Origin: Pirellulales bacterium | Lineage (GTDB): Bacteria; Planctomycetota; Planctomycetia; Pirellulales; JAICIG01 | Length of the DNA: 64,000 bases | Reading direction: 5' to 3' | Assembly: GCA_040901675.1 (NCBI GenBank) | Contig: JBBDYJ010000014.1 | Location: forward strand, 8,559 to 72,558 | In this document: positions 1 through 8,811 of the stretch, one piece after another | Layout: each line of letters starts with the position of its first letter | Position numbering within the stretch: position 1 is the stretch's first letter | Translations under genes and position numbers: made by a program | Notes under the pieces: generated by a model | Database searches by the model: none | What the model was told of the DNA's origin: nothing | What the model saw: the letters and a program-made list of their open reading frames with translations, nothing else

Positions 1-90
1 CACACTCCGTGTGCCGTGGCCGTCTTGCAGCAGGCACACTCCGTGTGCCGTGGCCGTCTTGCAGCAGGCACACTCCGTGTGCCGTGGCCA
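1..90. repeat. Tandem 34-bp REP-like repeat with GGCACACTCCGTGTGCC hairpin (about 2.6 copies, cut by window start)
   Basis: cacactccgtgtgccgtggccgtcttgcagcagg repeats with period 34. The same hairpin occurs reverse-complemented at ~32005-32027. Confidence 0.85.
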
Positions 91-156
91 GGCGCATTGT
101 CTGCGCCCGGCAGGCGACGCCCCCTTCTATTCTGCCTTCTGCCCTCTTCCTTCTGC

Positions 157-1458
157 CTAAAGCTCCCAGCCTTTGCGGTACTCGCGCCGGATGAACTCGT
201 CGGCCTCGGGGCAGTTCACGGCCTTGAGCGACTCGGCGTTCCAGTCCAGCTTCTTGCCGCCGGCGCGGTACGAGACATTGCCCAACAGGACCGTCTCGGT
301 CAAGGCGCCGGAGTAGTCGAAGTTGCAGGTGGTCTCGCCACGGGTCTTGCAGGCCTGGATCCACTCGGCATGGTGGCCGATGGAACTGGGGATAGTGGCC
401 GGCGGCGTCTTGGCCTCCATGCCGGGCTCGAGGAACAACTGGTGCGAGCCATAGTCGGCCAGCAGGCGGCCGCGCTGCCCCTCGAAGAGGACCTTGCTCC
501 CGTCGCCGTACGTTTCGGCACCTTCGGGACGCCACTTGCCGTGATACCAGGTCATGTGCACGGGGGGCAGGTCGCCGCGGGCCGCGAAGTGGTAGTCGAC
601 CTGCATGTTGTCCGGGATGTCGTTGTCGCCGCTGTGTGTCTTCTCGCCCTTGGCCTCAACGGCCGTCGGATAGCGCAGGTCCAAGGCCCAGAAGGGCAAG
701 TCCATGTAGTGGCAGCCGAAATCGGCCAGCCAACCGCCGCCGAAGTCAAACCAGAAGCGCCAATTGAAGTGGAAATGCGACGCGTGGAAGGGCCGCATCG
801 GCGCGGGGCCGATCCACAGATCGTAATCGACGTGCGGCGGCGGCATGCTGTCGCTGACGCGCTGCCCGGCGAACACTCCGCAGGCCAGCCAGACGTGGAC
901 GCGCTCGATCGGACCCAGCACGCCGGCGCGGACCAGCTCGACCACGCGGCGGTAATTGTCGCCCGCGTGGATCTGCGTGCCCATCTGCGTCACCGCCTTT
1001 TGCTTGGCGGTCCAGTTGCGGATCTGGCGGACTTCGTACACCGAGTGCGCCAGCGGTTTTTCACAATACACGTCCAGGCCGCGTTTCAGCGCCCCGACGG
1101 CCGCGATGGCGTGCGAATGGTCGGGCGTGGCGATCACCACGGCATTCAGGTCGCCCTGGTCCAGCAGCTTGCGGTAGTCGGTGTATGTCTTGGCCTTCGG
1201 GTACGTCTGGGCGACCGGAGCCAGCCGCTCGGCATCGACGTCGCACAAGGCCACGATATTCTCACTGGCCACGTTGCCCAAGTTGTACGCGCCCTGTGCG
1301 GCCACGCCGATCATGCCGATGTTCAGCTTCTCATTGGGCGAGCGCGATGCCGCCCTGGCCGGCCGCGTGATGCTGCTGCCCAGGGTTCCGACGGATGCGG
1401 CGGCCGTGCCGGCCAGGGCCGCCTGACGCAGGAATTCGCGACGATCGAGGTGCGACAT
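157..1458 (-). CDS. Gfo/Idh/MocA family oxidoreductase with Tat signal
   Basis: MSHLDRREFL twin-arginine motif, Rossmann IGMIG, ATPDHSH, YCEKP, DYDLWIGPAP. Start trimmed to ATG at 1458. Confidence 0.92.
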   Translation of the reverse strand: MSHLDRREFLRQAALAGTAAASVGTLGSSITRPARAASRSPNEKLNIGMIGVAAQGAYNLGNVASENIVALCDVDAERLAPVAQTYPKAKTYTDYRKLLDQGDLNAVVIATPDHSHAIAAVGALKRGLDVYCEKPLAHSVYEVRQIRNWTAKQKAVTQMGTQIHAGDNYRRVVELVRAGVLGPIERVHVWLACGVFAGQRVSDSMPPPHVDYDLWIGPAPMRPFHASHFHFNWRFWFDFGGGWLADFGCHYMDLPFWALDLRYPTAVEAKGEKTHSGDNDIPDNMQVDYHFAARGDLPPVHMTWYHGKWRPEGAETYGDGSKVLFEGQRGRLLADYGSHQLFLEPGMEAKTPPATIPSSIGHHAEWIQACKTRGETTCNFDYSGALTETVLLGNVSYRAGGKKLDWNAESLKAVNCPEADEFIRREYRKGWEL

Positions 1459-1596
1459 GGTGGGCTCTTTGTCAGGGGTCGGAAGGTAGGAGGTCAGCCA
1501 ACGCGATGGTGAGTTTACCAGCCCGTCACCGCCAATTCCACTCTTTAGAGAATGGACGAGACAGCACGCCAGAATAGCAGACGCGTCCCGGCGCAC

Positions 1597-1846
1597 GGAT
1601 TCCGCTATCCGCCAGCCGCTACAATTGCGAAGGCGGAGATGAAATCGATATGCGGACGAAGACTGGGGCACGCTACGACTCGACTGAGCTCGCCGAAGTC
1701 CGCTTTGCCCCAGCCACCCGGGGATTCCGCTATCTGCCAGGCGGTACAATTGCGAAGGCGGAGATGAAATCGATATGCGGGCGAAGACTGGGGCACGCTA
1801 CGACTCGACTGAGCTCGCCGAAGTCCGCTTTGCCCCAGCCACCCGG
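1597..1846. repeat. 125-bp tandem duplication, each unit containing a REP-like element and a TACAAT box
   Basis: Near-identical units start at 1597 and 1722. REP cores ctggggcacgcta...cgctttgccccag start at 1663 and 1788. Confidence 0.9.
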
Positions 1847-1869
1847 CTGGAAAGGCACAAGGAGAATGG

Positions 1870-2547
1870 ATGAAGGATGAATCCGAAGTACACGGCGAGG
1901 CGGGCCTGGCCGCAGCGCTGGCGCGGCACCAGATCGAGCTGCCGGCGGACCAGATCGAGCTGCTGGAGCGTTATTGCGGCCTGTTGTGGGAGATCAACAA
2001 GTCGCTCAACCTGACCCGGCATACCGACTACGAGAAGTTCGTTTCCCGCGACCTGGTCGACACGATGATGATCGAGAAGCAGCTTGGACCCGACGAACGG
2101 GTGCTCGACGTCGGCACTGGCGGCGGGGTGCCGGGCATCGTCCTGGCAATCCTCCGCCCCGACCTGGAAGTCACGCTCACTGAATCGGTGGGCAAAAAGG
2201 CCAAGGCCGTCGGCGAGATCGTTGCCGGCTTGAGCCTTTCCAAAAGTGCGGGCCTTTCGATTGCCGTGCACCATGGCCGGGCCGAGGACCTGCTCGGGGC
2301 CCGCGCGTTCGATACGTTGGTGGCCCGCGCCGTGGCGCCCCTGGAAAAGCTGCTAACCTGGTTCCAGCCGCACTGGGGAGCCTTCGACCGGCTGCTGGTG
2401 ATCAAGGGGCCGGCCTGGGTCGAAGAACGCAAGAAGAGCCGCGACCGGCATCTGCTCGACGACCTGCAACTCCGCAAGCTCGCCACCTGGCCTCTGCCGG
2501 GCACCGAATCGGAAAGCGTGCTGTTGGAGATTAAGCCCAAGGAGTGA
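1870..2547 (+). CDS. rsmG: 16S rRNA m7G527 methyltransferase
   Basis: NKSLNLT, VLDVGTGGGVPG SAM motif, ESVGKK, ARAV, KG. RBS aggaga upstream. Confidence 0.93.
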   Translation: MKDESEVHGEAGLAAALARHQIELPADQIELLERYCGLLWEINKSLNLTRHTDYEKFVSRDLVDTMMIEKQLGPDERVLDVGTGGGVPGIVLAILRPDLEVTLTESVGKKAKAVGEIVAGLSLSKSAGLSIAVHHGRAEDLLGARAFDTLVARAVAPLEKLLTWFQPHWGAFDRLLVIKGPAWVEERKKSRDRHLLDDLQLRKLATWPLPGTESESVLLEIKPKE

Positions 2548-2627
2548 GGAAGAAAGGCAGAAGGAGGAAGGAGGAAGGAAGGCATGCCTGGTCCCGGGCG
2601 CTTACGCGCATGGCGGCCCGCCTTGAT

Positions 2628-4607
2628 CTATAGATGGGCGATGACGATCACGCTGATCCCCAGGAAAAAAGCGCCGCACAAGAGCGTGCCGGTCTGCATG
2701 ATCCAGTTGGGACGCAGCTCGGCCGGTAGGAGCGTGCGGTTGACGTACAGCGTGTGCAAGGCGGAAAAGCCCAGGGCGAAGTTCATCAGCACGCCGGCGA
2801 TCTTCAGGATCTGCAAGGGATCGAAGAGCGTCAAAGCGAACAGGCCCCAGATGCAATAGGCCAGCAGGATGCCGTAATAGACGTACTTCACCCGGTCGCC
2901 CGGCAGCTTCTGAGCCCGCCGGCTCGAGGTCCAGATGATGTCGGTCCAGCGGCGCGAGATCTGGTCGCAGGCCATGATCTGCCCCGGCGCCAGCACCAGG
3001 AAGCCCACCAGCAAGGTCACGAACCACAACAGCTCGGCATGCTGCGGGTAGCGCGTGGCCATGCCTTCGGCGGTCATGGCCGCCACGCGGTCGCCCGACA
3101 CGGGAGCGTGCCGGATGAACTCCAGCGACAGCATGCAGGGCAGCGCCATGCCGATGAACGAGCAGACCATCCAGATGGCCAGTTGGTCCCGATAGACGTG
3201 GCGGATCCAGCCTCGCCAGCGTGCGCGGCTGTCGGCATCGAGCCGGAAGACGCGGCCGACGTGCGACAGCGAGATCGTCTTGCCGCCGATGGCGCTGGGG
3301 ATCGCGCCGACGTGCCGCCCCATGCCCCAGCCCTTCTCCCGCGCGTAGTTGGAAAACAACGTGTTGGTCATCCCACCGGCGCCCGCGATGGCGGCGAACG
3401 TGGCCACCATCGCCCAATCGAGCCGCGGCAGCCGGCCGTGCTCACCCAGGTAGCCGAGCATGCCCACCCGCTTGAGACCCTGGTTGGCGACGAGCTCACG
3501 GCTCACCTCGGCCAGCGGCGACGAGAGCTCGTCCGGGTGATCGTACTCGCGCGTGACGCCCCCCTGCCGCACCGTGATCTGCGCGGGTTCCCACGACAAG
3601 TCGGCCGCGATCCGCCCGTGCATCGCCAGGTGTGCATCGCCTTCGATGTGCTCGACGTAAAACGTCCCCGGCCGCGCCAGCGCTTCGGCCCGCGCCGCGA
3701 GCCGGCTTCGCCGATCGGCAAGATCCGCCGGCACCCCTTGGCCCATCTGGTACGGTGTTTCCTCACCGTCGCGATGGACGATGAACTCGGTGACCAGCGG
3801 CCGGTCGTTTTCCATCGTGCCTTTGATTCGGTACCAATCGTCACCGTCGCGCTCGAGCAGGTTGAAATGCCGGCCGGCCACGATGGTGTCGGCCCGCAAG
3901 GGAATCTGGCCGAAACTGACGAAGCCGAAACAGACCTCGCGTGCCGTCGGGCCCGAAACCATGAAGGCCGCCACAAAGAGCAGGTATCCCAGCACGATCG
4001 CCAGCTTCAAGGCAAACACGCGCTCGAGCATGCGGTAGATGGTGCCGCCGAAGATCAAGGGGAGGAAGGCCAGCAGAAAGATGGCGTAGCCCAGGACCTT
4101 CACCAGTTGTCGCTCGCTGAACGAGAGTGTCAGGAAGCTCACCATCGCGTCGGAAGGAAGGTGACCCAAGAGCGCCGCCGCCAGCGGCACCGCGGCGTTC
4201 GAGGCGTTGAAAGGCCAGATGGCGGCAAAGTCGAGCACCAGGTAACCGAACAGCCAGAATCGCGGCCCGGGCGCGGTGCGGAAAAAACCGACCATTACCG
4301 GCTCGCCGCAATAGAGCGCGTAGCGCATCATTTCCAAATTGCAGAACACCTGGGCCAGGATGCTCAGCGAGGCGACCCACAGCAACGTGCCGCCGTACTG
4401 GGCGCTGATGGCCGGCCCCGACAGCCATTCGCCCGAACCGATCGAGGCCCCGGCCAACAGCACCCCGGGTCCCAGCAATTGCAGCCAGGTGCGCCAGCCT
4501 CCCGAAGGCGGATGCGGCAACTGCCCCACGTCCCAGGCGGGCAGCTTGCCGGCCGCGACCGTGTCACGCGGGTGAGTCTCGGCGGCGGGTGGAGCCGGGC
4601 TGGTCAT
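2628..4607 (-). CDS. Nramp-like (APC superfamily) membrane transporter with a soluble insertion
   Basis: LGPGVLLAGASIGSGEW motif, many TM segments, YAREKGWGMG. Start set to ATG 4607 just after the aldolase stop. Confidence 0.8.
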   Translation of the reverse strand: MTSPAPPAAETHPRDTVAAGKLPAWDVGQLPHPPSGGWRTWLQLLGPGVLLAGASIGSGEWLSGPAISAQYGGTLLWVASLSILAQVFCNLEMMRYALYCGEPVMVGFFRTAPGPRFWLFGYLVLDFAAIWPFNASNAAVPLAAALLGHLPSDAMVSFLTLSFSERQLVKVLGYAIFLLAFLPLIFGGTIYRMLERVFALKLAIVLGYLLFVAAFMVSGPTAREVCFGFVSFGQIPLRADTIVAGRHFNLLERDGDDWYRIKGTMENDRPLVTEFIVHRDGEETPYQMGQGVPADLADRRSRLAARAEALARPGTFYVEHIEGDAHLAMHGRIAADLSWEPAQITVRQGGVTREYDHPDELSSPLAEVSRELVANQGLKRVGMLGYLGEHGRLPRLDWAMVATFAAIAGAGGMTNTLFSNYAREKGWGMGRHVGAIPSAIGGKTISLSHVGRVFRLDADSRARWRGWIRHVYRDQLAIWMVCSFIGMALPCMLSLEFIRHAPVSGDRVAAMTAEGMATRYPQHAELLWFVTLLVGFLVLAPGQIMACDQISRRWTDIIWTSSRRAQKLPGDRVKYVYYGILLAYCIWGLFALTLFDPLQILKIAGVLMNFALGFSALHTLYVNRTLLPAELRPNWIMQTGTLLCGAFFLGISVIVIAHL

Positions 4608-4609
4608 TA

Positions 4610-5395
4610 CTACCGCCTGCTGTCGGGCCGATGGTCGCGAAGTCGGGCGGCGGCCTGGCTGGCGGCCTTCAACAGCAGTGTAAAGTCGGCGCCCATCGAC
4701 AACCACTGAATCCCCTTGTCGATCCACTCGATCATCAGGTCCGGGTCGTCGCCCACGCTGGCCCCCACAAACACCGGCGTCTTGATGGCCTTGGCGATCA
4801 CCGCTTCCATGGCGGCGATCACTTCAGGATGCCGGGGCTGGCCCATGTGGCCCATCGAACCCGAGAGGTCGTTGGGGCCGAACACGATGCCCGTCAGCCC
4901 GGGCACGGCCAGGATCGCGTCGATGTTTCTCACGGCGTCGATGTGCTCGATCTGCACGATCGTGATCACCGACTCGTTGGCCGCCCGGCAGAACTCCGGC
5001 CCGCCCAGCCGGCCATAGTTGGCGGGCCGGCGCGGCCCGAAGCCGCGAATCCCCTCCGGCGGATAGCGGCAGGCCGCTACGGCGCGCCGGACGTCGTCGG
5101 CCGTGCGGACCAACGGCACGATCACCCCCGCCGCCCCCAGGTCGAGCACCGGCTTGATCAGCACCGGATCGTTCCATGGCACCCGCACCAGCGGCGTGGT
5201 GGGGCTTCCCTTGGTCGCCATCACGTGCGCCTGGACCACTTCCAACGAAAGAGCATTGTGCTCCATGTCGATCCAGACAAAGTCCAACAGCCCGCACAAC
5301 GACTCGACGAGCGTCGGATCGCTGAAGGTGATCACCGTGCCAAGGCATATGCGGCCGGCCGCCAGCTCGCTTCGAAATGCCGATGCGTGTTCCAA
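4610..5395 (-). CDS. HpcH/HpaI family aldolase
   Basis: DFVWIDMEH, VLDLGAAGVIVP, RYPPEGIRG, QIE, GPNDLS motifs. Confidence 0.92.
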   Translation of the reverse strand: MEHASAFRSELAAGRICLGTVITFSDPTLVESLCGLLDFVWIDMEHNALSLEVVQAHVMATKGSPTTPLVRVPWNDPVLIKPVLDLGAAGVIVPLVRTADDVRRAVAACRYPPEGIRGFGPRRPANYGRLGGPEFCRAANESVITIVQIEHIDAVRNIDAILAVPGLTGIVFGPNDLSGSMGHMGQPRHPEVIAAMEAVIAKAIKTPVFVGASVGDDPDLMIEWIDKGIQWLSMGADFTLLLKAASQAAARLRDHRPDSRR

Positions 5396-5440
5396 GATTG
5401 CACTCGATTGTTAGGGAGAGAATCTCTGTTGAATAACCAT

Positions 5441-5524
5441 CTGGGGCACGCTACGACTCGACTGAGCTCGCGACTCGACTGAGCTCGCCGAAGTCCGAAG
5501 TCCGCTTTGCCCCAGCCACCCGGG
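5441..5524. repeat. REP-like element, self-nested form
   Basis: ctggggcacgcta-[25-bp unit with a second copy nested inside]-cgctttgccccagccacccggg. A degenerate half copy lies at ~5561-5586. Confidence 0.85.
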
Positions 5525-5597
5525 CGGCTGCCCAGACCGCATGAATGCGGATCACTGCGAACCAGGGCCGCTTTGCCCCAACCACGCATTGCACATC

Positions 5598-6719
5598 TCA
5601 GTGGACGTGGGCCACGGCGCCCACGGCCTTGTTCAGCGCGGGCATCAGCTCGTGGGCGAAGAGCTTCATGCTGTGTACCCAGCTCGCCTTGTCGTCCCAG
5701 TCGTAGCCCATCAGGATCAGCGTGCCGAAGGGGCCGGTCTCCTCCATCATCCGCAACAGCCGCTGGAGCACTTCGTCAACGTCGCCCGCGACAATCTGCT
5801 CTTCCATCAGAAAGTCCATGTTGCAGTCGGCATCGCTCATGTCCAGGTCGCGCTTGTAAATCTTGCGGCCCAGCCCGCGATCGAACAGGTTGCCGATGTA
5901 CTCGTAATTGCGTCCCAGCGAGTTGGTGCGGGCCCGCTGGCGCGCCTCGCGCGTCGTATCGGCAAGAAAGATCGAGCGGCACACCTTGAAGTCGCGCCGG
6001 CGCGGCTGGCGGCCGGCCTCCAGGGCCGCCTGCTCGTAGGTCTGCCAGAAATCGGCCAGCACGTTGGCGGTCACCAGGCAGTGGCCGAACGGCTGATAGC
6101 CGCGCTGGCCGGCCAGCTTCATGCTGGGGGAGTTGCGGCTCATGGCGGGCATGGCGATCGGCGGGTGAGGCTGCTGCAGCGGCTTGTGGATGAAGCCGAT
6201 CTTGGTTTCCAGGTCGACGTACTTCTTCAGGCTGATCTGCCAGAACTGGCCCTTGATTTCATAGGGTGGGTCGGAGGCCCACAGCGCCAGCACGATGTCC
6301 AAGGCCTCCTGCGCCATGGCGCCGCCGATCTTGGGATCGATGCCGTATAGCTCCTGGTCGGCGGTCACGCTGCCGGGGCCGAAGCAGAGGTTCAACCGTC
6401 CCTTCGACAAGTGATCGAGAAACGCCAGGCGGCTGGCAACGTGGGCCGGATGGTGCTGCTGCAGGCAGACCGGGGCCGGTCCCAGCCGGATGCGGCTGGT
6501 CTCGCCCAGCGCGCGGCCGATGAAGATCTCCGGCATCACGATGTTCTCGTAGAGCATCGTGTGATGCTCGCCGATCCAGAACTCGCTAAAGCCGAGCTCC
6601 TCGGCCAGGACGATCAGCTCCAGATCTTCGTCGTAGCATTGGCTCTTGGGCTTGGCATCGTCGTGGAAGGGCATGATGAACATGCCGTAGTCGATTCGGG
6701 TGGCGTTCGAGTCTTGCAT
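5598..6719 (-). CDS. LLM-class (luciferase-like) flavin-dependent monooxygenase
   Basis: AEELGFSEFWIGEHH, LDHLSKGRLNL, PLQQPHPP motifs. Confidence 0.92.
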   Translation of the reverse strand: MQDSNATRIDYGMFIMPFHDDAKPKSQCYDEDLELIVLAEELGFSEFWIGEHHTMLYENIVMPEIFIGRALGETSRIRLGPAPVCLQQHHPAHVASRLAFLDHLSKGRLNLCFGPGSVTADQELYGIDPKIGGAMAQEALDIVLALWASDPPYEIKGQFWQISLKKYVDLETKIGFIHKPLQQPHPPIAMPAMSRNSPSMKLAGQRGYQPFGHCLVTANVLADFWQTYEQAALEAGRQPRRRDFKVCRSIFLADTTREARQRARTNSLGRNYEYIGNLFDRGLGRKIYKRDLDMSDADCNMDFLMEEQIVAGDVDEVLQRLLRMMEETGPFGTLILMGYDWDDKASWVHSMKLFAHELMPALNKAVGAVAHVH

Positions 6720-6773
6720 TATGGTGTGCCCTCGGTGTTCGGTCGTGAAAACCGTTCACGAAAATGGCCGCGG

Positions 6774-7247
6774 CTAGTCGTCCAGCCGCCGGTACTCGCC
6801 CCGGTAGAACAACAAAGGGCTGCCCTCCCGCGCGTCTCCAGCCAGGATCTCGCCGATAAAAATGTCGTGATCCCCGCCGGGCAGCACCTCGACCAGCCGG
6901 CAGTCGACCCAGGCCAGCGCATCGGAAAAGACCGGCGCCCCGCTGGCCGCTTCCGTCCAATCCAGGTCGCTGAAGTCCTTGAGGCCGCTCGTGGCGAACC
7001 GCCGCGACAGGTCTTCCTGCTCGACGGAGAGCACGTTGACGGCGAAACCGCCGCCCGCCTTCAGGCAGGCGTGGAAAGCGGCCCGCTTGTCGACCGCCAC
7101 CAGCACCAGCGGCGGATCCAGCGAGAGCGACGTGACGGCGTTGGCCGTCATGCCGCACAACTCGTCGCCCATCCGGCTGGTGACCACGGTCACTCCCGTG
7201 GCAAGGTAACCCATCACCCGCCGCTGGGCATCCGCATCGATCGCCAC
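6774..7247 (-). CDS. Flavin reductase (HpaC/DIM6-like)
   Basis: TGVTVVT, GMTANAVTSLSLDPP, GGDHDIFIG, PLLFYRG. Confidence 0.93.
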   Translation of the reverse strand: MAIDADAQRRVMGYLATGVTVVTSRMGDELCGMTANAVTSLSLDPPLVLVAVDKRAAFHACLKAGGGFAVNVLSVEQEDLSRRFATSGLKDFSDLDWTEAASGAPVFSDALAWVDCRLVEVLPGGDHDIFIGEILAGDAREGSPLLFYRGEYRRLDD

Positions 7248-7291
7248 GCATCGGCTCCCTGTCTTGCAGCTCTGTTTGGTATGGCTCGCGG

Positions 7292-8770
7292 CTAGGCCGT
7301 CAGTTCCTCGACCACGCGGGCCCCGCTCACGGGGGCGTCGGTCAACGTCTCGTCGCGGCCATGATGATGATAGGTGAGCCGGTTGTGGTCCAGCCCCAAC
7401 TGGTGAAGAATCGTGGCGTGCAGGTCGGGCACGCTGACCCGATCGACCGCCGCCCGGTAGCCGACTTCGTCGGTTGCGCCGTGCACGTGGCCGGCCTTGA
7501 ACCCGCCGCCGGCCAACAGCAGGCTGAACGCGTTGCGGTTGTGGTCGCGGCCGCTGCCATTCTGCGAAACGGGCAGCCGCCCGAACTCACCCGTCCAGAG
7601 CACGATCGTCGAATCCAACAGCCCTCGATTCTTCAGATCCTTGATCAACGCCGCCGAGGGAAGGTCGGTCTTCGCGCAGATCGCCTCGTTCTCGGTCTTC
7701 ACGTTTCCATGGGCGTCCCACGGCTGGCCGGTCGGCGGAAATATCTGCACGAACCGGACGCCTTCTTCCACCAGCCGGCGAGCCATCAGGCAGCGCAGCC
7801 CGTAAGGGGCCGTGGTCGGGTTGTCGAGCCCGTAAAGTTGCTGCGTGGCGACGGTCTCCTGGGCCAGGTCGAGCGTTTCGGCGGCGGCCAGTTGCATGCG
7901 GGCGGCCAGCTCGTAGTTGCGGATGCGGGCCTCCAGCTCCGACTCGCCAGGGTGTTTTTGCCGGTGCAGCTCGTTCATCCTGGCCAGGTAGTCGAGGTTG
8001 TCGCGCTGGACCGAGTCGGGCAGCTCGACCGCCGGGTTCAAGTTCAATACGGGCGTGCCCTGCGTGCTCACTTCGGTCCCGCGATAGAGGGCCGGGAACC
8101 AGCCGTTCTGCCACAACAGCGTTCCGCTGGTGTTGTAGCCGGCCGGGTCGCGCAGCACGATGTAGGCGGGCAGGTTCTGGTTCTCCGTGCCCAGCGCATA
8201 GCTGATCCACGAGCCGAACGCCGGCCGGCCCGGAAAGATCTTGCCCGTGTTCATCATCACCAGCGCTTCGGTGTGGTTGTTGTGCTCGGTGTGCATCGAG
8301 CGCACCAGGCAGATGTCGTCGGCCACCGATCCCAGGTGCGGGATCACCTCCGACAGCTCCATGCCGCATTGTCCCCGCCGCACGAACTTGAACGGGCAGC
8401 CGAGCAGCTTGTTCGATTCACTCCCTTTCTGGAACATCTCGACCTTGGTCTCGTGCACGTGGCCGGCAAACTTGTCGAGCTGCGGCTTGGGATCAAACAA
8501 CTCCATCTGGCTGGGACCGCCGTTCTGCATGAGCATGATGACGGCCTTGGCCCTGCCCGAGAAATGACCCGCGCGCGGCGCCAAGGGCCCTCGGGCCCGC
8601 TCGCTCGCGGCATGGGTTTCCGCCCGCACTCCCTCGCCTTCCAGCAGGCACTCGATCACCAGCGAACCGAATCCCAGGCCCGACAGCTCCAGCAGACGGC
8701 GGCGGGAAATGCCGGCCGTCGGCGACAACCTCGCGGACGGCTCGTGAGCGGCAAAACGGCTTCGGCTCAT
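7292..8770 (-). CDS. DUF1501 family protein with Tat-like signal
   Basis: SRRRLL, GGPSQMELFDPKP, ARRLVEEGVRFVQ, GEFGRLP, GRDHN. Start set to ATG 8770. Confidence 0.92.
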   Translation of the reverse strand: MSRSRFAAHEPSARLSPTAGISRRRLLELSGLGFGSLVIECLLEGEGVRAETHAASERARGPLAPRAGHFSGRAKAVIMLMQNGGPSQMELFDPKPQLDKFAGHVHETKVEMFQKGSESNKLLGCPFKFVRRGQCGMELSEVIPHLGSVADDICLVRSMHTEHNNHTEALVMMNTGKIFPGRPAFGSWISYALGTENQNLPAYIVLRDPAGYNTSGTLLWQNGWFPALYRGTEVSTQGTPVLNLNPAVELPDSVQRDNLDYLARMNELHRQKHPGESELEARIRNYELAARMQLAAAETLDLAQETVATQQLYGLDNPTTAPYGLRCLMARRLVEEGVRFVQIFPPTGQPWDAHGNVKTENEAICAKTDLPSAALIKDLKNRGLLDSTIVLWTGEFGRLPVSQNGSGRDHNRNAFSLLLAGGGFKAGHVHGATDEVGYRAAVDRVSVPDLHATILHQLGLDHNRLTYHHHGRDETLTDAPVSGARVVEELTA

Positions 8771-8811
8771 GATTGCCTCGGTGCTTGAAAAGGCGCGGCT
8801 GCCCCGGGCGG

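Noticed and set aside
1..90. Possible CRISPR array
   Set aside because: Units are identical end to end with no unique spacers, and no cas genes are present.
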